Shown: positions 38,535 through 47,706 of the stretch, piece by piece
Layout: the number at the start of each line of letters is the position of its first letter
How positions within the stretch are numbered: position 1 is the stretch's first letter
Assembly: GCA_965230955.1 (NCBI GenBank)
Contig: OZ246404.1
Coordinates: 856,790 to 920,789, forward strand
Direction of reading: 5' to 3'
Length of the DNA: 64,000 nt
From: an uncultured Candidatus Saccharibacteria bacterium
GTDB lineage: Bacteria; Patescibacteriota; CALEFQ01
Translations under genes and position numbers: made by a program
Notes under the pieces: model-generated
The model's input: the letters and a program-made list of their open reading frames with translations, nothing else
Told to the model about the DNA's origin: nothing
The model's database searches: none

Positions 38535-39101
38535 TTACAGGGTCAAATCTCCCTTTAGGGTATATTCGCCGATTCTCCGGACTTCTTCCAATACTCTGGC
38601 TTTCGCCACTTCGTCTTTCCACCAATTGTCTTTTCGGATATTTCGTTCATCAAGCACCGGATAAAAACAAAACTCAATATGCTTGGGGAAATAATTCTGC
38701 GCAGTCATCAGGACTCGGCGGGCATGAAATGCTTTGCAGACAAACAAAATAGTCTTTGTTTTTTCGAGCCCGATAGTTTTATCAATGACCGGGAGAGAAA
38801 ATTGAATGTTTTCTTTGGTATTCGTCGATTCTCGCTCCAATATGAAGGCTTCTCTGGGGATGCCTAGCTCGACTCCTCTTTCGAAAAAACGATCAGCTTC
38901 TATTGCTTTTAATTTCCCTTTGCTGTGCCCGGTAATCAAAATCCTACGTGAATATCCCTGGTCATACAACTTCTTAACTTCGTCCATGGTCGATAAATAG
39001 CTATGACCGAAAACAAACATCAGATCGGATTTCTTGAGATTTGCAGGCAAAAACAAGAAGTCGGAAATCGCTTGGGTTGTCGATATAATATTGGGAATCA
39101 T
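38535..39101 (-). CDS. DUF218 (YdcF/SanA-like) domain protein
   Basis: ESTNTKEN motif. The start was moved to the internal Met (MIPNIIS) so the gene does not run into the junction repeat. Confidence 0.55.
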   Translation of the reverse strand: MIPNIISTTQAISDFLFLPANLKKSDLMFVFGHSYLSTMDEVKKLYDQGYSRRILITGHSKGKLKAIEADRFFERGVELGIPREAFILERESTNTKENIQFSLPVIDKTIGLEKTKTILFVCKAFHARRVLMTAQNYFPKHIEFCFYPVLDERNIRKDNWWKDEVAKARVLEEVRRIGEYTLKGDLTL

Positions 39102-39170
39102 GAAATGATATGAAACAGTAATCTTATGATAACACAGCCAAATCTTGCCGCAAAGGACATCGACCGGCCA

Positions 39171-39515
39171 AGCTGGACTCGAATTCACCCAATCCCTTAT
39201 CTAAGCGAAAACCCCGATTTCCGGGGTTTTCTGATGCTCTTCACTCGAACTGGTTTTTTCGGCTTCACTTAGCGAAAATTTGTATTCAAAGACAAATAAA
39301 AATCCATTGGCTCCACAAGATGGACATCATCCGAACCTTTTTCCATCAGCACGAGGATGATTGGCTCATCGTGGCATTTATCAAGATTCCCCTTGGACTT
39401 TTGCGACTGCCCGACAGAGGGGTAAACCTATGTGAGTATTACCCTGTTTTCTGTTTCTGATTCTAGCGTAGCAAGTCTCCAAGTCCTGGCAATGCATTTT
39501 TTGTCCAGATGGGCA
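39171..39515. repeat. Junction module J3: three tRNA-3'-end-like fragments, terminator-like hairpin and F sequence
   Basis: Core copy at 39171-39185. Hairpin AAAACCCCGATTTCCGGGGTTTT. Copy b at 39240-39258. Copy a at 39308-39337. F spans 39338-39515. Confidence 0.75.
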
Positions 39516-39540
39516 ATTTTTCAAAATAAAAGGGAGTTGT

Positions 39541-40506
39541 CTATTTTGCAGTCTTGCCATCCACAGACAAATACTTCTTGGCCGCATCTATCGTAATCTG
39601 CCCACCGACAGGATAGACATAATCTTCAACATTATGGCCAAGCTCATTTATTTCCAATATCGGAAACTTATAGTCAGCAGTCACCTCCAAAACCATTTCA
39701 GACACATTTCTGTTCTCTTCTTTGGCTTTCATGGCACTCTCGTCAAACCACCCTAAAACCATTCCTTTCAGCCCATTAAAAACTCCGTGCAGTTTTAGAG
39801 CATAAAGATACCAATCTAGTTCTGCCACTTCATCTGTGCCTTCAAGGAGTAATATCTTACCTTTCGTATTGGGAAAGTATCCTGCTAAAATATTTCCGCA
39901 TACCACCGCTAAATGACCGCCAACCGCCACACCGCTGGCATTTCCTTTCCTTATGCATTTCCACCCTGGTCTTTTTTTGCTTTTGTCTTTATGCTTCCAG
40001 TTAAGATTTGGTTTGATCTCACCTACCTGACCATCAAAAAAAGTCTTTTTTATATTCTCTTCTATCGCTTTTGACATAGGTTTTCCGAATGTCCACATTA
40101 AATCTGGACCTAAATATGTCATCAGTCCAGTTCTGGCATAGATTGCATTTACGAGTGTAGTCCCATCTGAAAACCCCACAAACATTTTGGGATTTTTTTT
40201 AATCATCTCGTAATCTATGGCATCCAAAATATGATTGGCGGTGAATCCACCCTGGGCCATCATTACCATCTTGACCTTCGGATCTCGCCACATTTCATTG
40301 AATTCTTTCGCTCTTTGAATCCTTGTTCCCGCACTATAGTAATGCTGATCAAAAACTGATTCGAAATACTTAACCTTAAGCCCCCACGACTCAAGTTTTT
40401 GAACTCCTTTTTGAAATTGTTGCTTCCTGTCACCGACAGGACCAGATGGAGAGATAATTCCGACGAGAGCTCCTTTGTGCAGACGTTTTGGAATTATTGT
40501 TTTCAT
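39541..40506 (-). CDS. LD-carboxypeptidase (S66, MccF-like)
   Basis: N-terminal GALVGIISPSGPV. Ser-nucleophile region GFSDGT. Length and layout typical of the S66 family. Confidence 0.75.
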   Translation of the reverse strand: MKTIIPKRLHKGALVGIISPSGPVGDRKQQFQKGVQKLESWGLKVKYFESVFDQHYYSAGTRIQRAKEFNEMWRDPKVKMVMMAQGGFTANHILDAIDYEMIKKNPKMFVGFSDGTTLVNAIYARTGLMTYLGPDLMWTFGKPMSKAIEENIKKTFFDGQVGEIKPNLNWKHKDKSKKRPGWKCIRKGNASGVAVGGHLAVVCGNILAGYFPNTKGKILLLEGTDEVAELDWYLYALKLHGVFNGLKGMVLGWFDESAMKAKEENRNVSEMVLEVTADYKFPILEINELGHNVEDYVYPVGGQITIDAAKKYLSVDGKTAK

Positions 40507-40531
40507 ATGTTTTAGTAAATATTGATAAGTA

Positions 40532-41044
40532 TTATCTTATTATTCTACTATTATTCCTAGTTTCGGGATAACATTTCCAGCAACAGTTTTTTTGTTTGGG
40601 TGACAAAAAGGCATATCGTATTCCAAGAGCATCCGGTTTCCAAAAACTAAAAACAAATTTTATTACTTTGTCCAGATTATATTCCTTACAAGTGGCAATC
40701 GAGATATCGATCAGATTATGATCTGGGTAGTAATAGAACGACTCGTGGGAATGATCAAGAATCGAAATAACATTTCCGGCATCAGGACGAGTCCACCAGG
40801 TATATGCATTCCAATCATTGGGTTTGAACTTCTCATTGGTATAGTAAGGAGAAAGAGCGTTTTTTGAATCGGGGGCGATCACCATTGGCCCACAAAAAAT
40901 ATGCATACCGCAAATTTGGGCAAGCTTCTTTTGAAACTCTTCTACCTCGCCAGTGGTCACCTGTTTTTTGTCTGTAGGCTTCAGTTCAATCTCAAGCCAG
41001 GATCGTTCAAGGTCAGGGGCAAAATCTTCTACGCCATTCTTCAT
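40532..41044 (-). CDS. Hypothetical protein (170 aa)
   Basis: ORF between the HNH and LD-carboxypeptidase genes. Rich in Trp/Tyr/His. Confidence 0.4.
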   Translation of the reverse strand: MKNGVEDFAPDLERSWLEIELKPTDKKQVTTGEVEEFQKKLAQICGMHIFCGPMVIAPDSKNALSPYYTNEKFKPNDWNAYTWWTRPDAGNVISILDHSHESFYYYPDHNLIDISIATCKEYNLDKVIKFVFSFWKPDALGIRYAFLSPKQKNCCWKCYPETRNNSRIIR

Positions 41045-41055
41045 AAATTTGGAAA

Positions 41056-41619
41056 TTATAATTCATAAGGCATGCCACAATTAGGGCAACGATCCGAGCC
41101 CACGGAAAGACCAATGGTTGTATTACACTTTTTACAATGAACATTACTATATATCCTGTCCCCGAGCTTTGTTGCGGTCATATTCTTACTACCGAGTTCT
41201 TCAAGGGAGGTCGCAGTATTTATTTCTCTCTCCTCCTCCTTCTTTAATTGCTTAAATTGGTCTTTTATTTCTGCCAGCAATCTTCTCTCATTTGCCTTAT
41301 CATTTCGGAGCAACTTAATTACTTGCCCCAATTGATCAAGTTTTTCAAATATAGGCTGGGAAGAGTCATCCTTATATCGGTTTTCGCATATCTCATACCA
41401 TAAATCACGCATTTCCCTTATTGTTTTTCTGTGATCAGGATTATTTCCGTAGTTCCTATGGCATTTGCTGCAGAGAGGAGCAGCATTTTCAATATTATCT
41501 TTCCCTTCTTGTCCTTCTGGAATGATATGATGGACATCAATAAAAGGTTCCTTGCAAATGCAGCACAGATAGTGTGCTTTCCTTCTTACTTCTTTTTTTA
41601 TCGCTTCGTTGAAAGACAT
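41056..41619 (-). CDS. HNH endonuclease with C-terminal zinc ribbon
   Basis: HHIIPEGQEGKDNIENAAPLCSKCH HNH core. CKKCN...CPNCG zinc ribbon. Confidence 0.75.
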   Translation of the reverse strand: MSFNEAIKKEVRRKAHYLCCICKEPFIDVHHIIPEGQEGKDNIENAAPLCSKCHRNYGNNPDHRKTIREMRDLWYEICENRYKDDSSQPIFEKLDQLGQVIKLLRNDKANERRLLAEIKDQFKQLKKEEEREINTATSLEELGSKNMTATKLGDRIYSNVHCKKCNTTIGLSVGSDRCPNCGMPYEL

Positions 41620-41677
41620 CTTAGATATTTCTATTTAATGATTGATTCATTATAAAATGTAATAGACTAAATTAGCA

Positions 41678-41958
41678 AGCTAGACTCGAACCCGACCAAT
41701 CCCTTATCTAAGCGAAAACCCCGTTTTGCGGGGTTTTTCGATGCTGTTCACTCGAACTGGTTTTTTTGGCTGTGCTTAGCGAAAATTTGTATTCAAAGAC
41801 CAATAAAAATTCGTTGGCTCCCCCTGGTCGAATCAATTAGAACTTTTTGCAAGGCCCATGAGGATGATTTAGTCGTTCCTATCTTTATCAAAACGCCAGA
41901 TGGATACCTGAGACTTCCAGACAGAGGCGTGAAACTTGATGAGTATTATCCACTGCAC
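41678..41958. repeat. Junction module J4 (diverged copy)
   Basis: Core copy AGCTAGACTCGAACC. Hairpin AAAACCCCGTTTTGCGGGGTTTTT. Copy b. Copy a TGGCTCCCCCTGGTCGAATCAATTAGAAC at 41815-41843. Diverged F through ~41958. Confidence 0.7.
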
Positions 41959-41960
41959 TC

Positions 41961-42272
41961 CTAATTCTCATCCTTTAATTCCGCTAGGAATTTCCGCTCT
42001 TCAATTACTAATTCTTCTTTTAACTTTACCGCTATCTTTTCTTTTTCAACATTAATTGGACGCATAAGAAGAATCGCCGACACAAATGAAAAAAGCTTTT
42101 TTCTCCGTTCGCTAACGCTCGAAACTTCCATCAAAAGAGAGTTTAATTGAGAAAGCTCTTTCTCTTCAAGTTTATTTAGCATTCCCGAAAAATTATCCAA
42201 GTCTTTGTGTCCGGATAAATTTAGCGCAGCAGCTATCTCATTACTCCTTGAATTTTGATTCTTCTTGGGCAT
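41961..42272 (-). CDS. Hypothetical protein (103 aa)
   Basis: ORF overlapping the 3' end of the upstream gene by 32 bp. Low confidence. Confidence 0.3.
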   Translation of the reverse strand: MPKKNQNSRSNEIAAALNLSGHKDLDNFSGMLNKLEEKELSQLNSLLMEVSSVSERRKKLFSFVSAILLMRPINVEKEKIAVKLKEELVIEERKFLAELKDEN

Positions 42273-43053
42273 AGTATTGAATTATAAGATGGGGCAATTT
42301 GAATTGTCCGAAATCGGGTGCTTTATATTGTTTTGGGTAATCCTGAACTCTAGCTACTAATTTCTTAGCCTGCTTACTTCCAAGAAATTGCATGACTGAT
42401 CCCACAAATGCTTCAGCAGTAGCAATAACCCCAGATGCCAATGCCACTTGAGCCGCATCAATATATTCCGAAGTCAAAGCAGCCAACCCAAGGCCCATCA
42501 CTACGCCCAAACCCGCTTGAAAATATGATCCCAGCGCAACTACATTACCAATCTCACGCAAATGACCCATCCAATAGGCAGACCTTCTCATGCCCTCGTC
42601 AGCTGTTCTGGAATAAACTTCTTTAACATCATCAAAATTATTAACTTTGTTCGGTTTTAAATACCCTGAAAACGTTTGCCAAAACCCCGGCTTGGTGACT
42701 ATTGCTTTAGAGGCCGAGATCAAATCAAAGACTGCATCTGCAAGTTTGTCCCCATCACTCTTTATTTCACTCTCAGACTTCTTTGCATCCTTAATCCTCT
42801 TTTCAATCCGTGATTCAAAAAGAGCAATTTTCTTTTCGTCTATTCCAGCTTCTCTCATATCACATATGACATCGTCTCTAATAACATCGAGCCTCTGATT
42901 AATTGCATCTATCCGGTTTAACTTATACATTGCATCTTTAGTGTCGACAGCTGCGGATTCGGTATTAGTTCCCAATTCCTCTGATGATATTTCAGCTTTG
43001 TCTTTATTTGTCTTCACGAACTCTGGATTAGGTTGTCGGATAGTTTCACGCAT
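42241..43053 (-). CDS. Hypothetical protein with C-terminal glycine-zipper hydrophobic segment
   Basis: Charged coiled-coil N-terminus. C-terminal GLGVVMGLGLAALT...GVIATAEAFVGSVMQFLG. Confidence 0.4.
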   Translation of the reverse strand: MRETIRQPNPEFVKTNKDKAEISSEELGTNTESAAVDTKDAMYKLNRIDAINQRLDVIRDDVICDMREAGIDEKKIALFESRIEKRIKDAKKSESEIKSDGDKLADAVFDLISASKAIVTKPGFWQTFSGYLKPNKVNNFDDVKEVYSRTADEGMRRSAYWMGHLREIGNVVALGSYFQAGLGVVMGLGLAALTSEYIDAAQVALASGVIATAEAFVGSVMQFLGSKQAKKLVARVQDYPKQYKAPDFGQFKLPHLIIQYYAQEESKFKE

Positions 43054-43223
43054 ATGTTTATTTTTTCACTTCAATAATATCTTTAATAATAACAAATTCT
43101 AGCAATTCTGCCCAATATTTCATTCGTAATTCCAGGATAGCATTTCCGAGAATTGAGAGAAGGTGTTTTTTGTGTGAGGAGCAATAAGTATGTGGATAAA
43201 TATTGGGACTTAACCCAACTCAT

Positions 43224-44141
43224 TTAATTCACAATATTCTTCGACTTATCTTTAGTGCAGGCAATTATAGTATCAACCCAAATTCTAAAGTCTTCGGCGA
43301 CGGCCTCTTTTGTATACCAAGCGATGGGAGGAGTAATCAGAATATTGCCCTTATACTTTCCATCATTTACGCGCCTTTCGGATTCCATTGCCAATCCGGC
43401 CAACTTACCATCTGCAACCATTTTAGCCGCCACCGGTAAGTCAAAAAGATCTCCACCAGTAATACTGATCAAAAACGCATCCTTTTTCATTTTTGCTAAT
43501 TTGGATTTATTAATAGTACCTTTTGTTTCTTTATTTCTCGCCATAGTCGGAAAAATAAAGTCGGAATTCTTCATTACTTTATCTAAACTCTGATATTTGA
43601 ATCTTTTATCCTTGTGATGCTTGGACCAATAAACAATTTCCATCCCCATCGCTTTTCCAAGTTCAGCAATACGAGTTCCGATACTTCCAAGTCCAACAAT
43701 TCCCATGGTCTTACCACGAACTTCTAAACCCAAATGCTTTTCATAATCAAGCTGCCAATTATTTTGCATAATCAACGGCAACTTTTTTACCAAATTAAGC
43801 ATCATGCTAATTGCATATTCGGCGACCGACTCTGTTGAATACTTCGCAACATTGGTTAAGGCGATACCATGTCCTCGCAACCATTTACCGTCTACCCAAT
43901 CAAAAGCCGTTGTCGGCAAACAAACTGCTTTTAGCCCTGAAATCTTTTTCGCATCGCTGTTGGAAAATTTCCAATCAACCAATTCAGGAGCAAGACCCAG
44001 AACCTTATCTTCGCTATCCGTAAAAAGCTTGTCGAAATAACTTGGTTTCTTTTCTACAAAAACAACCTCACCGGCTTTGACCAATGATTGGACTTGCGAC
44101 TTGGTAAAATCAACTTTTTGATTGATGATGATTACGCGCAT
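43224..44141 (-). CDS. D-isomer-specific 2-hydroxyacid dehydrogenase family protein
   Basis: NAD-binding GIVGLGSIGTRIA motif. A catalytic R/E/H region is expected in the C-terminal half. Confidence 0.8.
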   Translation of the reverse strand: MRVIIINQKVDFTKSQVQSLVKAGEVVFVEKKPSYFDKLFTDSEDKVLGLAPELVDWKFSNSDAKKISGLKAVCLPTTAFDWVDGKWLRGHGIALTNVAKYSTESVAEYAISMMLNLVKKLPLIMQNNWQLDYEKHLGLEVRGKTMGIVGLGSIGTRIAELGKAMGMEIVYWSKHHKDKRFKYQSLDKVMKNSDFIFPTMARNKETKGTINKSKLAKMKKDAFLISITGGDLFDLPVAAKMVADGKLAGLAMESERRVNDGKYKGNILITPPIAWYTKEAVAEDFRIWVDTIIACTKDKSKNIVN

Positions 44142-44395
44142 TATTTTAAAATTACGTAATTAGTTAACATTACCCAACATCCCTGAACAGTTTTAATTAT
44201 TTTGCTTTACTTAAGCTAAAATCTGACAAAATGGGTACTATACTTCGTTTCGTTATAGTCTCCTCATAGAAGATTATAAGCGATTGGACTGTTGGTGAGA
44301 TATATCACACAAACTCCCATGGGTAGTATATTCAAGGCATTTTGTCACACAATAATTTATTTGTTTAGCCCACTGGATAGATATCAGAATAAACT

Positions 44396-45469
44396 TTAAA
44401 GAATAGAAAACTCTTCTTCCTTTGCATCTTCCAGTATGCTTAAAAATTCATTAAACTCACTACGTTTTCTATTAATAATATTTTCTAGCAATTCGATTTT
44501 TATATCTTGCAAATCCTTTGGCATATTTGGATCCAAATCGAATCCTATTAAAAATGTATCCACCACCTTCAAGTTCGGATTGTGATTTTGAATAATGCCT
44601 TTGTATCCCAAGACCTGACCCACATGCTTAGTATTGAGCCTTATATTTGGTCTTTTTAACTCAACTAAAACGATATGCCTTTCATCCTGGAGAAATATTT
44701 TTAGAATCAAATCTGGCCTTTTGCCAAGCTCGCTGTCAATTCCTAGCTTTTGTGCCAAGAACTCACTTAGTGGTTTATTACTTTTCACAAGATCATAATT
44801 ATTATCAAGTAGCCATAAATTATTTTCTAATAGCTTATGGATTTCTTGCTCTTTCGTTTTTTTGTCCTTCAACAATATTTGCAGTAATTTAATTATTGAT
44901 ATCTTTTTCTTTACCAATTCTGCAATGGAGCTAATTTGACCTATTCTTAAATCATTTAGTAATGAAGCAAAGCCTGTTATGTCTTTTTCTTCAGCTTCAG
45001 ACAGTTTTTTCAACATAATATCTATGTTCTCAGCCTTTATTTCATATATTCTCAACCCGAGTCTATCAAGAGCTTCGAGGCTTGCGGCTGATAATTTGGC
45101 TATATTCTTATTCGCAAGAACTTTTTCAATAAAATCGGGGTCTTCTTTTAAGACCTGCTCTATTTTGATTAAAACTTCGTCTTTAACTAATTCGGTTTTT
45201 TGAATGGGCCACTCATGCTCTTTTACCGATTCTACCTCAACAACACTTTTTAAATCAGTCCAATCTTTGAAATGAAGATTAAAGAATTGCTGTTTATTTG
45301 CAGATTTACCCAACAAAATCCTCTTCATAACAACATAATTTCTATCTTTGTGTTCAGAGTCACTTAGAATAGCAAAAGTAGTCAAACCACTGGACCAATT
45401 TTTTGTTAATTTTTTAATAACTTTGAACTTATGCATAAATATTAATTTATTAAAATAATACGGCCCCAT
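44396..45469 (-). CDS. Putative PD-(D/E)xK nuclease of the DUF4263/Shedu-like type
   Basis: C-terminal region contains RPDLIL ... VLVELKRP, a D...ExK arrangement. Long helical N-terminal region. The family assignment was made by eye only. Confidence 0.4.
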   Translation of the reverse strand: MGPYYFNKLIFMHKFKVIKKLTKNWSSGLTTFAILSDSEHKDRNYVVMKRILLGKSANKQQFFNLHFKDWTDLKSVVEVESVKEHEWPIQKTELVKDEVLIKIEQVLKEDPDFIEKVLANKNIAKLSAASLEALDRLGLRIYEIKAENIDIMLKKLSEAEEKDITGFASLLNDLRIGQISSIAELVKKKISIIKLLQILLKDKKTKEQEIHKLLENNLWLLDNNYDLVKSNKPLSEFLAQKLGIDSELGKRPDLILKIFLQDERHIVLVELKRPNIRLNTKHVGQVLGYKGIIQNHNPNLKVVDTFLIGFDLDPNMPKDLQDIKIELLENIINRKRSEFNEFLSILEDAKEEEFSIL

Positions 45470-45526
45470 GTTTTATGATAACATACTTAGGGTACCCGAC
45501 AAGCATTAAGTATAAGTGAGACTCGA

Positions 45527-45860
45527 ACCCTCAAAATCCCTTATCTAAGCGAAAACCCCGTTTTGACGGGGTTTTCTATCTCCCTGGTTCGAACCTGCTT
45601 CTTTGGGCTAAACTTAGCGAATATTTGATTTAAAAACTCTAAAATTCTGCTCTGGCTCCCCCTGGTCGAATCAATTAGAACTTTTTGCAAGGCGCATGAG
45701 GATGATTTTGATGTTCCTGTGTACATAAAAACGAATAATGGATTAGAGCTGAAAACTGGATGGGATTTCAGAGTGAGAGATTATTATCCCCTTCCCTGAT
45801 CCCAATTTCAGGATAGCAGATTCATGGATCTGGCAAAGACATTTTTTGTGTGAGGAACAA
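45527..45860. repeat. Junction module J5
   Basis: Core copy GAGACTCGAACCC. Hairpin AAAACCCCGTTTTGACGGGGTTTT. Copy b CCCTGGTTCGAACC. The 20-mer AAATTCTGCTCTGGCTCCCC at 45642-45661 is identical to 50386-50405 at the intact tRNA. Diverged F follows. Confidence 0.75.
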
Positions 45861-46192
45861 AAAAGATGTGGATAAAATCGTTGCATAGTTCCACCTCTAA
45901 CGAGCTCTACTTCCCTATCGATTTTTGAATTCTCCTTCAAGTTTCTCATGTCCCAGGTTATGACGACATTGTAATATGTATGACCAGAAAGAAAGGACAC
46001 TCAATCCACACACTTGTTCAATATGTCAGGTCAAAGTTCGATAGTCGCGTTACGAAGAACCTTAGATAGAATTGTGGGGGAAAGATCTAGATAACGGCAA
46101 TAAATTCAGATAAGATAGAAGCAGTCCTTTTTAAAGGAGGTTTCTTTTGCTAAATTGGCATAGTATGAGCTCAGGCGAAGAAACGTTGCGAC

Positions 46193-47494
46193 ATGGAAAA
46201 AATTAGAATTTTTATTAGTCATTCATCAAAAGACATAGATTTAGTAAGTAAGCTGGTAAGTGCTCTTCAAGAGTCGTTTGTTATACCTAGTGGAGCTATC
46301 CGATGCACCTCTTTATCTGGGTATAAATTAACACCAGGGGCACATACATCCACCACATTATTAGAAGAGCTGTTAAAAGCTGATTTGATTATAGGAGTCT
46401 TGACACGATTAAGCTCAAAGTCCAGCTGGGTTCTGTTTGAACTTGGGGCTGGGTGGGGGAAAAAAATATGGACGGTCCCTTTGCTTGGAGGGCTTGATTT
46501 CGACGAGATAGAAGGCCCACTAAAAGAATTCCACGCTATTAAGACTGATGACGAGGACGCCCTACTAGACCTTTTTGAGAAAATGCAAAATCAGCTAAAA
46601 TTGCAGCCACAGTCTGCTTCTATAAGATTGTCGGCAATACGAAAAATAGTAAATGCTTTAAAGGAGGGAGAAAAAGTTAAATCAGATGCTTATATTCCGC
46701 AGCCTGAAGAACTGGCTCATAGCCAGATGCCTGAACGTGTCGAAACACCAACGATTGTAACAGCTTACCTTAGTAAACTAACCAAAGAGACGCGCGAGGA
46801 AGAAGTTCTTCCTTTTTTTAATAGAGCTGTCTCTTATCATAAGCATGACAAAAAAATCCTGGCAAGATTTTATTTTCAACTAGCACAATTTTTTTTAAAA
46901 AAAGAAGAGCCAAGTAAAGCTCTTGAGTATTTGAATATTTCCTTAGAAAATAGTCCAAATGATATATATACCTTGAATTCCCGAGGTAAAATTTTTATAA
47001 GAATGAAGCAGTTCAAAGACGCAGAAGCAGATTTTAAGCTAGCTTTAGAAATCGACAGCGAGAGCTTGGTCAATCTAAGCTCATTAATGAGACTTTACTC
47101 GAAAAACCTACTAGAGCACATAGATAAAATACCATATCTAAGCAAGGAGCTGATAACGCTAGCTCGAAAGAAAAATGATCCCGATTCCACTTCGTTCGGT
47201 TATGCTCTCTGGGCTACTTCTCAAATTAAAGAAGACCCAAGAGCTGCTGAGATAAATTTTGACAACGCCTTAAAAGAAGCAGAGAGAATCGGTCGTAAAA
47301 TAAATAAAAATCGCAGAATTGTATCTATCTTAAGGCATCGAATAAAACTGTATTCCACTTTAAAGAGGGATGATGAGGCTAAACAAGATTTTATCCAGGC
47401 GTGGAATCTTTGCCTAGAATTTCCTGAGGACAGAGAGATCAAAAATTCAGTGGAAGCGCTAAAAGTTGAATCCGGGCATCTGATGGGCAATTAA
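46193..47494 (+). CDS. TIR-domain protein with C-terminal TPR repeats
   Basis: N-terminal IFISHSSKD start. SSWVLFELG (W with Glu at +4, the predicted NADase catalytic site). The C-terminal ~250 aa are TPR-like helical repeats. It is the only plus-strand gene in the array. Confidence 0.7.
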   Translation: MEKIRIFISHSSKDIDLVSKLVSALQESFVIPSGAIRCTSLSGYKLTPGAHTSTTLLEELLKADLIIGVLTRLSSKSSWVLFELGAGWGKKIWTVPLLGGLDFDEIEGPLKEFHAIKTDDEDALLDLFEKMQNQLKLQPQSASIRLSAIRKIVNALKEGEKVKSDAYIPQPEELAHSQMPERVETPTIVTAYLSKLTKETREEEVLPFFNRAVSYHKHDKKILARFYFQLAQFFLKKEEPSKALEYLNISLENSPNDIYTLNSRGKIFIRMKQFKDAEADFKLALEIDSESLVNLSSLMRLYSKNLLEHIDKIPYLSKELITLARKKNDPDSTSFGYALWATSQIKEDPRAAEINFDNALKEAERIGRKINKNRRIVSILRHRIKLYSTLKRDDEAKQDFIQAWNLCLEFPEDREIKNSVEALKVESGHLMGN

Positions 47495-47495
47495 A

Positions 47496-47526
47496 GAAGC
47501 CTTCATTTTTTCTGAATGAAGGCTTT
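47496..47526. terminator. Bidirectional hairpin terminator
   Basis: GAAGCCTTCATT ... AATGAAGGCTTT inverted repeat between the convergent TIR-TPR gene and the small minus-strand ORF. Confidence 0.55.
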
Positions 47527-47547
47527 CATTGTCATAAGTAGGCATGT

Positions 47548-47706
47548 TTACAATTCGTAGTTTTCTTTAAGAAATGCAATGTGCGCGTTCAGTAAATCTT
47601 TCTCTTCCTCGGACAAGTTGTCCGGGCCTAAGTCGTATTTTTCCTGATCCTGAAGAACCGCATCGAGCATTTTCAAGAGTGCCTCATACCTCTCTTTGGG
47701 TGTCAT
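47548..47706 (-). CDS. Small hypothetical protein (52 aa)
   Basis: Preceded by the SD AAGGAGGAAAAACT. The sequence is MTPKERYEALLKMLDAVLQDQEKYDLGPDNLSEEEKDLLNAHIAFLKENYEL. It falls below the size cutoff of the supplied ORF track. Confidence 0.4.
   Translation of the reverse strand: MTPKERYEALLKMLDAVLQDQEKYDLGPDNLSEEEKDLLNAHIAFLKENYEL

Noticed and set aside
32118-45860. Possibility that the reiterated junction repeats are a CRISPR array
   Set aside because: The repeats are 280-340 bp, imperfect and separated by 2-4 kb gene blocks rather than 30-40-bp spacers. No cas genes are present.
45743-46000. 85-aa ORF on the minus strand
   Set aside because: It lies wholly within junction repeat F5 and the AT-rich region upstream of the TIR-TPR gene. 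No SD is present, and the frame is not conserved in the other F copies.
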